A stretch of DNA of 64,000 nt from Ranitomeya imitator. Lineage: Eukaryota. This document shows, in pieces, positions 1 to 11,086 of this stretch. The notes under the pieces were generated by a model that saw only the letters and a program-made list of their open reading frames with translations, did not search any database and was not told the origin of the DNA. Position 1 is the stretch's first letter, and each line of letters begins with the position of its first letter. Made by a program: the position numbers and the translations under genes. The stretch lies in contig NC_091289.1 of assembly GCF_032444005.1 (NCBI RefSeq), positions 13,702,001 to 13,766,000 of the forward strand, written 5' to 3'.

Positions 1-1099
1 GCCGGGTCGAAGTCTTCTTAACCGGGTCGGAGTTTTCTTGGCCGAGTCGGAGTTTCCTTTCCCAGAAGTTGAGAGGATGGGTGGAACTTTTTGTGACTTT
101 GGGTGTATAGTTAGGGTTTGCGACTGACAAGACGTGTCCCCCTTGGGTCAAGATGCCTCAAGTGGCACTAACAAGTCACTTTCCATAGGTCGGGGTATTT
201 GTATACCAGACGAGAGGAGTGAACTTAATCACTGAGCCAAGTTTAGAAAAATGTAGAAACTCCTGAGCACAGGAGTCAAAATCAGTCCACCCTTTTCATT
301 CTGGCCCCAAACCTCAGACCAAAGTACAAAAAAAAAAAAAAAATGCATGGGACCCAATTCAAAAGTTCCATATATTTCTCATGCCGTGACCCAACCCAAA
401 AAGAAGAAGTTGCCTCCTCGGTGCTTTGCGATGTCCGAGAAAGTTTGCTTACTGCCCCTGTGAGGTCGGCAGAGGCGGCCAAACTGATTGAGGACAACTC
501 AAAAACATTGATTTCTCTTTTTTCATTTTCCCTTGAAACCCCTAATTGTTTTTTTTTTTTTTTGCACCCCATCACATGACATTGTGATTAATTTCCAGAT
601 CCTAAAAACTAAATAGGTGCCAGTGAGCCATGGAGGATTGTTTTAAAAAGGAAAACATTTAATAAGCCCAGGGTCCCATCATGGGTTCTTTGAGCGCCCC
701 CAGGGCTAAATCAACAGCCCTGACTTATCCTCCCCTCCCTTTGCTCCCAGGTCAATAAATGATTGTTTTTTGTTTTTTTTTTTGTCTTAAAGAACAGTGA
801 GGAGGAAACAAGGAATGGTTAATGATCACAAATCGTAGAAAAGGGGGGGATTGGTGGACAAATGGCTTCCCGCAGAGATCCAATCATGAGTACAATAATG
901 GGCCCGAGATAATGCCGGGCGAGTTCAAACATTCAGCCTCCTTGTCAGCCCCTATTACAACACCTGCTGGTTTAAGCTGCCCCCCTAACAAGACCAAACA
1001 ATCAGGCCCATTGGCAAAAGCAAAACTGTGGGATTGTCTTGTCCAAGTGTGCTGGATCGTAATGAGAAAGGATTAGTAGGAAAAAGTGTCCTCCGACCC

Positions 1100-1106
1100 T
1101 ATAAAA
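1100..1106 (+). promoter_or_regulatory. Probable TATA box of crescent
   Basis: TATAAAA lies 46 nt upstream of the first in-frame ATG (1152), with an inverted CCAAT (ATTGG) near 1010. Confidence 0.5.
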
Positions 1107-1151
1107 TACCCCAGCTTGGTGCTCAGGGGAGACTCACTCGCCTGTGCAGGG

Positions 1152-4100
1152 ATGAGGATGATGAGTGCAGGGAAGGGCAGATGCCCCGGATGCCAATACC
1201 CAAAGTGGCACCTGATGGTCTTGCTCTGTTTTTGGACCGGTGGCTCTCGGGCAATGTCTGTGGACTTTGTGAGCAGCTCGTCCCGGTGCATGACCATCCC
1301 CCAGCACATGCCCCTATGTTATGGCATTGGATACACAGAGATGAGGATTCCCAACCTGCTGGAGCATGAGACGATGGCGGAGGTGATCCAGCAATCTTCC
1401 AGTTGGCTGCCGCTCCTTGCACGTGAATGCCACCCGGATGCCAGAATCTTCTTGTGCTCGCTAATGGCACCGATATGTCTGGATGGGTAACGTACCCCCC
1501 GAAATATTCATTTCCATTCTGTATGTATTATCAGGGTATAGAGGGGGGGAAAGAGCACTAACGACGAGCCCTTCTATTACCCTGGAGAGCAAATACTGCC
1601 AAACCATGCCACTTGTGCCCATAGGCTCCCTATGCGGGATATATTACACGGGTGCCCAATGGGGGCTACAAGGACACTATACTGGCCCCTGTAAGCGGAA
1701 TCGGAGCCTCAGGATACATCCGACATACAGTGTGTGCCACGGGCTTAGCAAAGTGTCGCCTGGAATCCCCCGCAGACCGTCGGCCATTGCTTGCATGTAA
1801 CACCTGAAAGTGTAGGGTTTTCCCTGAGCTGAGCCCAGGTTGCAGTAAGTCAGTGAGCAGAGCGTCCCGAAGGGCGGAAGCGGCCCTGTGCCTAATGGCA
1901 TTGACATTTAGACATTAGGAGGCCATTAGGGCGCGGGCGATACCCTCTGGGGGGCTGCGCTTATGTTCCGTGCTGCACATGTGGACTTACTACTCCTACT
2001 TGCGTCATTGGCAATGTAATTAGGAGCAGTGTTTTCCCATTAGTGGTTTTGGCATTGTGGGGTGTCTCCTTGAATTACGGCTGACGGAGCCGTACGTGCG
2101 TCACTCCGGCTCTCTGGGCAGAGCTGAGTCTCCTGTTCTTTGTTTCAGTGAATCGTACAAGTTGACAACAGAATTAGGGCCACCTACCGCCAGAGCCCAG
2201 CGCCGCGGATTAGGGATTATGGCAGCTAATAACGGGCGCCGTGCACCCTGCCGACGGTATATTAGCTACATCTGTGTCAGCTGGCTGACAACCAAGATGA
2301 CCGCAGCTACCAGAAGGGTTGTCGCCACATGCCCGTGTACAGAGTTGGTGATGACCGTGATCAACCTCCAACTTTCCCTCAAACAGAATTTGTCAGAAGA
2401 GGACGACTCGGGGTCTTACACCGATTATAGGGGGAAATGTTCTTGAAATGATTTCTAGAATTAATAATGACCTCCTCATGTCTACAGTGACAGGATTATA
2501 AAGCCGTGCCGCAGCCTGTGCGAGGCGGTGAGGAACAGCTGTGCCCCCATCATGGCGTGTTATGGGTACCCGTGGCCAGAAATACTGAAGTGTGAACAGT
2601 TTACTATTGATCATGGGATGTGCATCTCCACTATTAGCAACGACACAAGAACTGCCGGAAGTAAGTGACGTCCGACAATATATCCTGTATTATACTCCAG
2701 AGCTGCACTCACTATTCTGCTGGTGCAGTCACTGTGTACATATATTACATTACTGATCCTGAGTTACATCCTGTATTATACTCCAGAGCTGCACTCACTA
2801 TTCTGCTGGTGCAGTCACTGTGTACATACATTACTGATCTACATCCTGTATTATACTCCAGAGCTGCACTCACTACTCTGCTGGTGCAGTCACTGTGTAC
2901 ATACATTACATTACTGATCCTGAGTTACCTCCTGTATTATACTCCAGAGCTGCACTCACTATTCTGCTGGTGCAGTCACCGTGTACATATATTACATTAC
3001 TGATCCTGAGTTACCTCCTGTATTATACTCCAGAGCTGCACTCACTATTCTGCTGGTGCAGTCACTGTGTACATATATTACATTACTGATCCTGAGTTAC
3101 ATCCTGTATTATACTCCAGAGCTGCGCTCACTATTCTGCTGGTGCAGTCACTGTGTACATATATTACATTACTGATCCTGAGTTACCTCCTGTATTATAC
3201 TCCAGAGCTGCACTCACTATTCTGCTGGTGCAGTCACTGTGTACATACATTACTGATCTACATCCTGTATTATCCTCCAGAGCTGCACTCACTATTCTGC
3301 TGGTGCAGTCACTGTGTACATACATTACATTACTGATCCTGAGTTACATCCTGTATTATACTCCAGAGCTGCACTCACTATTCTGCTGGTGCAGTCACTG
3401 TGTACATACATTACATTACTGATCCTGAGTTACATCCTGTATTATACCCCAGAGCTGCACTCACTATTCTGCTGGTGCAGTTACTGTGTACATACATTAC
3501 ATTACTGATCCTGAGTTACATCCTGTATTATACTCCAGAGCTGCACTCACTATTCTGCTGGTGCAGTCACTGTGTACATACAGTGGGGCAAAAAAGTATT
3601 TAGTCAGTCGGCAATAGTGCAAGTTCCACCACTTAAAAAGATGAGAGGCGTCTGTAATTTACATCATAGGTAGACCTCAACTATGGGAGACAAACTGAGA
3701 AAAAAAATCCAGAAAATCACATTGTCTGTTTTTTTAACAATTTATTTGCATATTATGGTGGAAAATAAGTATTTGGTCAGAAACAAAATTTCATCTCAAT
3801 ACTTTGTAATATATCCTTTGTTGGCAATGACAGAGGTCAAACGTTTTCTGTAAGTCTTCACAAGGTTGCCACACACTGTTGTTGGTATGTTGGCCCATTC
3901 CTCCATGCAGATCTCCTCTAGAGCAGTGATGTTTTTGGCTTTTCGCTTGGCAACACGGACTTTCAACTCCCTCCAAAGGTTTTCTATAGGGTTGAGATCT
4001 GGAGACTGGCTAGGCCACTCCAGGACCTTGAAATGCTTCTTACGAAGCCACTCCTTCGTTGCCCTGGCGGTGTGCTTTGGATCATTGTCATGTTGAAAGA

Positions 4101-7100
4101 CCCAGCCACGTTTCATCTTCAATGCCCTTGCTGATGGAAGGAGGTTTGCACTCACAATCTCACGATACATGGCCCCATTCATTCTTTCATGTACCCAGAT
4201 CAGTCGTCCTGGCCCCTTTGCAAAGAAACAGCCCCAAAGCATGATGCTTCCACCACCATGCTTTACAGTAGGTATGGTGTTTGATGGATGCAACTCAGTA
4301 TTCTTTTTCCTCCAAACACGACAAGTTGTGTTTCTACCAAACAGTTCCAGTTTGGTTTCATCAGACCATAGGACATTCTCCCAAAACTCCTCCGGATCAT
4401 CCAAATGCTCTCTAGCAAACTTCAGACGGGCCCGGACATGTACTGGCTTAAGCAGTGGGACACGTCTGGCACTGCAGGATCTGAGTCCATGGTGGCGTAG
4501 TGTGTTACTTATGGTAGGCCTTGTTACATTGGTCCCAGCTCTCTGCAGTTCATTCACTAGGTCCCCCCGCGTGGTTCTGGGATTTTTGCTCACCGTTCTT
4601 GTGATCATTCTGACCCCACTGGGTGGGATTTTGTGTGGAGCCCCAGATCGAGGGAGCTTATCAGTGGTCTTGTATGTCTTCCATTTTCTAATTATTGCTC
4701 CCACTGTTGATTTCTTCACTCCAAGCTGGTTGGCTATTGCAGATTCAGTCTTCCCAGCCTGGTGCAGGGCTACAATTTTGTTTCTGGTGTCCTTTGACAG
4801 CTCTTTGGTCTTCACCATAGTGGAGTTTGGAGTCAGACTGTTTGAGGGTGTGCATAGGTGTCTTTTTATACTGATAAGTTTAAACAGGTGCCATTACTAC
4901 AGGCAATGAGTGGAGGAAAGAGGAGACTCTTAAAGAAGAAGTTACAGGTCTGTGAGAGACAGAAATCTTGATTGTTTGTTTCTGACCAAATACTTATTTT
5001 CCACCATAATATGCAAATAAAATGTTAAAAAAACAGACAATGTGATTTTCTGGATTTTTTTTCTCAGTTTGTCTCCCATAGTTGAGGTCTACCTATGATG
5101 TAAATTACAGACGCCTCTCATCTTTTTAAGTGGTGGAACTTGCACTATTGCTGACTGACTAAATACTTTTATGGCCCACTGTACATTACATTACCTAATA
5201 AGTTAGAAGCTTCCAAAAATCAAAGTGTTAATAGTTTGCTTCAATGATCAAAATGGAAAGAAAAAGAAAAGATATTTAAATCCCATCATTTTCCAGCGAC
5301 TGATTGTCCCCTCCATCATCAGTATCTGGTGACCGCCCGTTGCCTCCATCATCAGTATCTGGTGACCGCCTGTCACCTCCATCATCAGTATCTGGTGACC
5401 ACCCGTCGCCTCCATCATCAGTATCTGGTGACCTCCCGTCGCCTCCATCATCAGTATCTGGTGACCTCCCGTCGCCTCCATCATCAGTATCTGGTGACCG
5501 CCCGTTGCCTCCATCATCAGTATCTGGTGACCGCCTGTCACCTCCATCATCAGTATCTGGTGACCACCCGTCGCCTCCATCATCAGTATCTGGTGACCAC
5601 CCGTCGCCTCCATCATCAGTATCTGGTGACCTCCCGTCGCCTCCATCATCAGTATCTGGTGACCGCCCGTCGCCTCCATCATCAGTATCTGGTGACCTCC
5701 CGTCGCCTCCATCATCAGTATCTGGTGACCGTCCGTCGCCTCCATCATCAGTATCTGGTGACCGCCCGTCGCCTCCATCATCAGTATCTGGTGACCGCCC
5801 GTCGCCTCCATCATCAGTATCTGGTGACCTCCCGTCGCCTCCATCATCAGTATCTGGTGACCGCCCGTCGCCTCCATCATCAGTGTCTGGTGACCGCCCG
5901 TCGCCTCCATCATCAGTGTCTGGTGACCGCCCGTCGCCTCCATCATCAGTGTCTGGTGACCGCCCGTCGCCTCCATCATCAGTGTCTGGTGACCGCCCGT
6001 CGCCTCCATCATCAGTGTCTGGTGACCGCCCGTCGCCTCCATCATCAGTGTCTGGTGACCGCCCATCGCCTCCATCATCAGTGTCTGGTGACCGCCCGTC
6101 ACCTCCATCAGTTTCTGGCCTTTCAGACACAGACGTTCTAGCTGCAGTTCCTGTGAGTATCATGAATAACTGATGTAGGGCGGTCACCGGATACAGAGGG
6201 ACTCGGTATATTGGGGTGATGTATATTGGGGTGATATAGTCCCCGGGACACTGACGCTCCTCTCCTCTCTTACAGCGGTGCCCCGTGCCAGCTGCAGGGA
6301 CTGTGAACTCGACGAGGCCAGCTCTGCCAAGGAGATCCTGGATACTTTCTGCGCTAATGATTTCGGTAAGTGCTGACATGATGCACACCTCCAGTGCTGC
6401 CGCCACTTAGCAAAGCTTGTACTGGTGCCAACGCCATCTGTGCCCATTGTAAATGGGTGCAGGTAACAGCCGGGGGGAGACGGATGCCAACTGTACAGTG
6501 TGCGTCTCCGATGACAGCGCCCGGAATAAAGTACCCTTCTGTCTCATCATTAAAGGCAGGGTGGAGGGGGCTTACCCAAGACCCTCTTATCTGTAAGAGC
6601 GCTCCCCGCTCTGGGGGATCTGACACATTCATAAATTACATGCATGGATTTCAATGACCAGCTTACAATATTTAATTCATCCTGTGGTGGCGCTGCAGGG
6701 AAATCAAACCCTCGCTGATCTCCACCGATCACTGGTGATCACAACCCCTATAAAGTTAATGAAGGAGATAAGTTAAAAAAACCCAAAATATTTAAATGAG
6801 TTGGATAAAACAAGTCTGCCTTCTTCCAAAGCAGCGCCACCCCTGTCTACTGGTTGCGAGTGGTATAGCAGTTCTGCACCATTTCTGAAGGAAGTCATTT
6901 CTTTTTTTTTGTAGAGCTGTTCTGGGAAGAATGCAGCTATGCTTTTTTCTAGTAATCGACAATCCCTTTAAGGGATGGCAAATAAAAGTCTCAATCCTTG
7001 GCTCCAGCTCAGGCCGCTCTCGCGGTCGCCACTGTAACAGTGAGTGATGATGTCCCTGACCAGTCTACTGACCACTGCAGTCAATCATTGGCGTCGGCAG

Positions 7101-9888
7101 TCACTCCCAGCACTGGCAGAGACCACCGCAATGATGGAGCGATTGTTATTTGCCTTGGATCCCTATTTTTTTTTAGAAAAACCCCTTTAATAAAGACAAG
7201 AAACGTCAAACTGAGGGGGGAGACGCATCTGTCAGCTGCTCCCAGGCAATCAGACCCCCCGTATCTAGGCCGCCATCCAGCGCCCATGCATCATCCCACC
7301 GGCTCGTGCCATCTGGGACACTTTCTATATTTATTTTATGTATTTGACCTACATTTCAGAAAAACATGGCCGCTTTCCTGGAAAAACAGCGCCACCCCCT
7401 GTGAACAGGTTGTGAGTGGCATTGCAGCTCACCCCTTTCACTGCAGCAGAGCTGAGCTGCAGTCTGTGGCCAGGGGTGGTGCCGTCTCTGGAAAGAAGCA
7501 GCAAGACTTTTCTAAGTAGGGAGAATGTTATGCGGACAGGTGGTGCAATGATACATTGCTGCAGGTGAACGATCCTTCGCTGAATAGTTCAGACCCATAA
7601 ATGGCAGCGGCGTCTCCAGAGCAGCGCTCCTCCGAGGAGTAGATGCTTTGGAAAGTCATGCTTTCTGTCTCAGAAGCCGGCTGCGTATACAGGAGGCGAG
7701 CCCTGTGTATGGGGGGGAGAGGTGATGGGTGCCCCCCTTGTAAAAGTAAATTACATGCCGCTGACACCGGCTCTGGGACCATATAAAGACACAAGACTCA
7801 GGCTGACGGCGCGTCACGTCTCCATCCAGGGAAGCAGTGCTGGACTCAGCGGGGTAGTAGCTGTATACAGTATATACCGTCTATTACAGCGTATACCTGC
7901 CTTAGAAGAAACATTTTCACTGGGTTACCCAAAAACTAGTCAATCGGTATGGGGGGTCCCAACCTGTGGCTCCCTAGCCATTGAAAAACTACAAGTCCCA
8001 ACATTCTCCAATATTTTCTGGGTAATGGACTATTAACAGATCGTGCTGGGAGTTGTAGTGCTGCAGCAGCCGGCGAGCTACAAGTTGTTTCATGAACAGG
8101 CTGTTGCAGTTATGCCACAGCTCAATACGGTTGGGAGGAAGCGTTGGGAGTTGTGCGCAGCTTCGTATGGGTGGAGGGAGCGTCGGGAGTTGTGCGCAGC
8201 TTCGTACAGGTGGAGGGAGCGTCAGGAGTTGTGCGCAGCTTCGTACAGGTGGAGGGAGCGTCAGGAGTTGTGCGCAGCTTCGTACAGGTGGAGGGAGCGT
8301 CGGGAGTTGTGCGCAGCTTCGTACAGGTGGAGGGAGCGTCGGGAGTTGTGCGCAGCTTCGTACAGGTGGAGGGAGCGTCGGGAGTTGTGCGCAGCTTCGC
8401 ACAGGTGGAGGGAATACTGGGAGTGGTGCTCGGCTTCGCACAGGTGGAGGGAGCGTCGGGAGTTGTGCGCAGCTTCGTACAGGTGGAGGGAGCGTCAGGA
8501 GTTGTGCGCAGCTTCGTACAGGTGGAGGGAGCGTCAGGAGTTGTGCGCAGCTTCGTACAGGTGGAGGGAGCGTCGGGAGTTGTGCGCAGCTTCGTACAGG
8601 TGGAGGGAGCGTCGGGAGTTGTGCGCAGCTTCGTACAGGTGGAGGGAGCGTCGGGAGTTGTGCGCAGCTTCGCACAGGTGGAGGGAATGCTGGGAGTGGT
8701 GCTCCGCTTCGCACGGGTGGAGGGAATGTTGGGAGTGGTGCTCGGCTTCGCACGGGTGGAGGGAATGCTGGGAGTGGTGCTCGACTTCGCACGGGTGGAG
8801 GGAATGCTGGGAGTGGTGCTCGGCTTTGCACGGGTGGAGGGAATGCTGGGAGTGGTGCTCGGCTTTGCACGGGTGGAGGGAATGCTGGGAGTGGTGCTCG
8901 GCTTCGCACGGGTGGAGGGAATGCTGGGAGTGGTGCTCGGCTTCGCACAGGTGGAGGGAATGCTGGGAGTGGTGCTCGGCTTCGCACAGGTGGAGGGAGT
9001 GTCAGGAGTTGTGCGCAACTCAGCACCAGTGGAGGGAGCACCAAGAGTTGTGCGCAGCTTCGTACAGGTGGAAGGAGCGTCGGAAGTGGTGCGCTGCTTC
9101 GCACGGGTGAAGGGAATGTCGGGAGTGGTGCTCAACTTTGCACGGGTGGAGGGAGCATCGGGAGTTGCATGCAGCTCCTTATAGGTGGAGGGAATGTTGA
9201 GAGTGGTGCGAATGTCGAGAGTGGTGCGTAGCTTCGTATGGGCGAAGGGAGCGTCGGGAGTTGTGCGCAGCTCTGCACGGGTGGAGGGAATGTCGAGAGT
9301 GGTGCGAAGCTTCGCATGGGTGGAGGGAGCGTCGGGAGTTGCATGCAGCTCCGTACAGGTGGACGGAATGTCGGGAGTTGTGTGCAGCTTCGCACAGGTG
9401 GAGAGAGCGTCGAGAGTGGTGTGAATCTTTGCACTGGCGAAGGGAGCGTCGGGAGTTGTGCGCAGCTCTGCACGGGTGGAGGGAGCGTCAGGAGTGATGC
9501 ACAGCTTCGCATGGGTGAAGGGAGCATCGGGAGTGTTGCGCAGCTCCATCTTTTATTCTTTCTTTCTGCAGCTGCCAAAATTCGCATCACAAGGCGGAAC
9601 ACGACCTCCAGCTCCATCTCTGACTTTGATGTGGACTCCAGGGTGGACGTCATAAAGCATGGCTCGCTGTCCAGAGGGGACGTCCTCCCCAGACTCCAGC
9701 AGTGGTTGGATCTGGACGCTACCTGTGTGCAGAACATAATGCGGGGGACCCGGACGGGCACTTACGTCGTCAGCGGGGAAGTGCAAAAAGACAAGATCGT
9801 GGTGCACAACGCTTACGCCTGGCAGAAGAGGAATAAGAACCTGCACTTCGCTGCCAAGAAATGGAAGCATCACAAATGCAGATCATAG
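1152..9888 (+). CDS. frzb2: crescent (secreted Frizzled-related protein, CRD + netrin domain), 4 coding exons: 1152-1486, 2494-2660 (alternative acceptor 2488), 6276-6365, 9572-9888
   Basis: The exons join at GT-AG sites in consistent phase and total 909 nt (302 aa + TAG). The protein has a signal peptide, a 10-Cys Frizzled CRD ([66 protein letters not shown]...[30 protein letters not shown]) and an NTR domain ([10 protein letters not shown]...[25 protein letters not shown]...[14 protein letters not shown]). This matches Xenopus Crescent as I recall it, rather than Sizzled or SFRP1/2/5. Confidence 0.93.
2679..3580. repeat. Tandem array of about 86/75-bp units (about 11 copies) in crescent intron 2
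   Basis: Repeated unit ATCCTGTATTATACTCCAGAGCTGCACTCACTATTCTGCTGGTGCAGTCACTGTGTACATACATTACATTACTGATCCTGAGTTAC. The last unit resumes after the Tc1 at 5182 (TACATTACATTAC). Confidence 0.95.
3581..5181 (-). mobile_element. Full-length Tc1/mariner transposon (IR/DR type) with TA target-site duplication
   Basis: TA|CAGTGGGGCAAAAAAGTATTTAGTCAG ... CTGACTAAATACTTTTATGGCCCACTG|TA. The TIRs are about 205 bp with 4 mismatches, and each carries outer and inner direct repeats (AAGTATTTRGTCAG). Confidence 0.97.
3796..4818 (-). CDS. Intact Tc1 transposase, 340 aa, DD34E
   Basis: Uninterrupted ORF with paired-like HTH domains, GRPR-like [20 protein letters not shown] and [11 protein letters not shown]. 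There are 34 residues between the second D and the E. Confidence 0.95.
   Translation of the reverse strand: MVKTKELSKDTRNKIVALHQAGKTESAIANQLGVKKSTVGAIIRKWKTYKTTDKLPRSGAPHKIPPSGVRMITRTVSKNPRTTRGDLVNELQRAGTNVTRPTISNTLRHHGLRSCSARRVPLLKPVHVRARLKFAREHLDDPEEFWENVLWSDETKLELFGRNTTCRVWRKKNTELHPSNTIPTVKHGGGSIMLWGCFFAKGPGRLIWVHERMNGAMYREIVSANLLPSARALKMKRGWVFQHDNDPKHTARATKEWLRKKHFKVLEWPSQSPDLNPIENLWRELKVRVAKRKAKNITALEEICMEEWANIPTTVCGNLVKTYRKRLTSVIANKGYITKY
5305..6112. repeat. 33-bp minisatellite (about 24 copies) in crescent intron 2
   Basis: Unit GACCGCCCGTCGCCTCCATCATCAGTATCTGGT. The TAT variant becomes TGT in the 3' copies. Confidence 0.95.
8130..9545. repeat. 39-bp G-rich minisatellite (about 36 copies) in crescent intron 3
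   Basis: Two unit types in blocks: GGAGTTGTGCGCAGCTTCGTACAGGTGGAGGGAGCGTCG and GGAGTGGTGCTCGGCTTCGCACGGGTGGAGGGAATGCTG. The array decays toward the exon 4 acceptor. Confidence 0.95.
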
Positions 9889-10198
9889 GACTCTTCATAC
9901 GCCGCCACCACCGCTGCCCCGGAAAGTTCCCCCCTAAAAATCAGCTAATCACCAGTAAATGTAAGCCCTTGTGTTATCTCTGCTGTAGCTTAGTCTGATC
10001 CTGGGAAAGCTGGGTGACATCACATATTACATCCCCCAGCTTTACTGAAACCAGAATGGGCAGACACGATCTCCTGGAGAGGGGAGAAGGTGGGTGCAGT
10101 AATGGAGGTCATACAGGTGGTCACACAGCTTTCCTGGGAACAGATAAGTAATCGTCATTAACTGGTGAAAGATGCCCTTAAAGGAAGAGATTTATTAA

Positions 10199-10589
10199 AG
10201 GGGTTGTCCAACTTAAAAAAATAAATTTAAATAATTCAGGAGCAATGTGCAAAAGAAGGCAGATTCACCCACCCTAACCCAAAAGTCTGGAGCATGGGCA
10301 GCTCCGGGGTCCACGGCAGGGCAGGAAGCAATGACATCGTGTGCTTTGGTCACCTGACTGCAGAGCTTTGTGATTGTCTGCAGTGTCATGTGACTGCAGT
10401 GGGATGTAATCGTTCCAGTCAGCTGATCGCTGCAGCCAATCACAATCCTCTGCTCTCAGGTGACCAAAGACCAGGATGTCATTGCTTCCTGTCCTGCCGT
10501 AGACCACCGGAGCGGGCTGCGTGGGAGCCATGGATGTTAGAGTGTGTATATCATTTTCTTGCTTCTGAAACAAGCTGTGGACAACCCCT
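10199..10589. mobile_element. TTAA-target MITE (T2/Kolobok-like)
   Basis: TTAA|AGGGGTTGTCCA ... TGGACAACCCCT|TTAA. Confidence 0.75.
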
Positions 10590-11086
10590 TTAAATCATGG
10601 ATTGTCAGGAGTGCAACAAATCTTTATGAATAGCCCTTTAACGCACCAAAAACGTGTGGAACTACCCGGGGTTATGGCGAGTAGCCCTCCTACCGGGCAG
10701 CATGGCGTCCTCATATAACACTCGTTTAGGAGAGAACGTGCCTGCGGCGGGGAACTGTATATAGCATTGTATATATGTGGGATGGAAACCAATACACATG
10801 AGGCTGTAAGAAACGCCGGGGGTGTGCGTCATTTATTGCGGTCCCCTGCACAGAGACCAAATGCTTATTTGTAGGAGACCTGGGAGCATCGATCATTGGG
10901 ATGAAATGTGCATATTGGGGGCAGCGCGGGATCTGGGGGATTACAGCGCGCCGGACCCTGTGCATACACAATTACATCTGCTGATTTGCTGCTCATTTCT
11001 ACCCCCACCGTTCCCAGCCTGCCCCAGGCATTAAGACGATTACAGTCCCTTACGTCACAGCGGCACAGGGGGGGCTCAGCGCTTAC

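Noticed and set aside
1-600. Three 20-bp tandem units (CCGGGTCGGAGTTTTCTTGG-like) and short ORFs at the window start
   Set aside because: No recognisable domain or element termini, and the region is truncated by the window edge.
2679-3580. Regular repeat arrays resembling CRISPR (also 50256-51215 and 61478-62065)
   Set aside because: Units are contiguous with no unique spacers, the context is eukaryotic, and there are no cas genes.
5248-6406. Long ORFs in several frames (270-376 aa)
   Set aside because: They result from a stop-free 33-bp minisatellite inside crescent intron 2, and are open on both strands without unique domains.
7528-7720. Minus-strand ORF with an apparent acceptor, considered as the missing p4htm exon 3
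   Set aside because: No frame resembles P4HTM exon 3 (EIPGFL..EEC) or any protein I recognise.
8046-8064. ZNF143-like CTGGGAGTTGTAGT motifs (also about 23398)
   Set aside because: They are outside promoters and typical of dispersed frog repeats. Only the copy in the CpG island at 49756 was kept.
7989-9549. 350-475 aa ORFs in nearly all six frames
   Set aside because: Artefact of the 39-bp array. Only the part of ORF 9238-9888 from 9572 onward is real (crescent exon 4).
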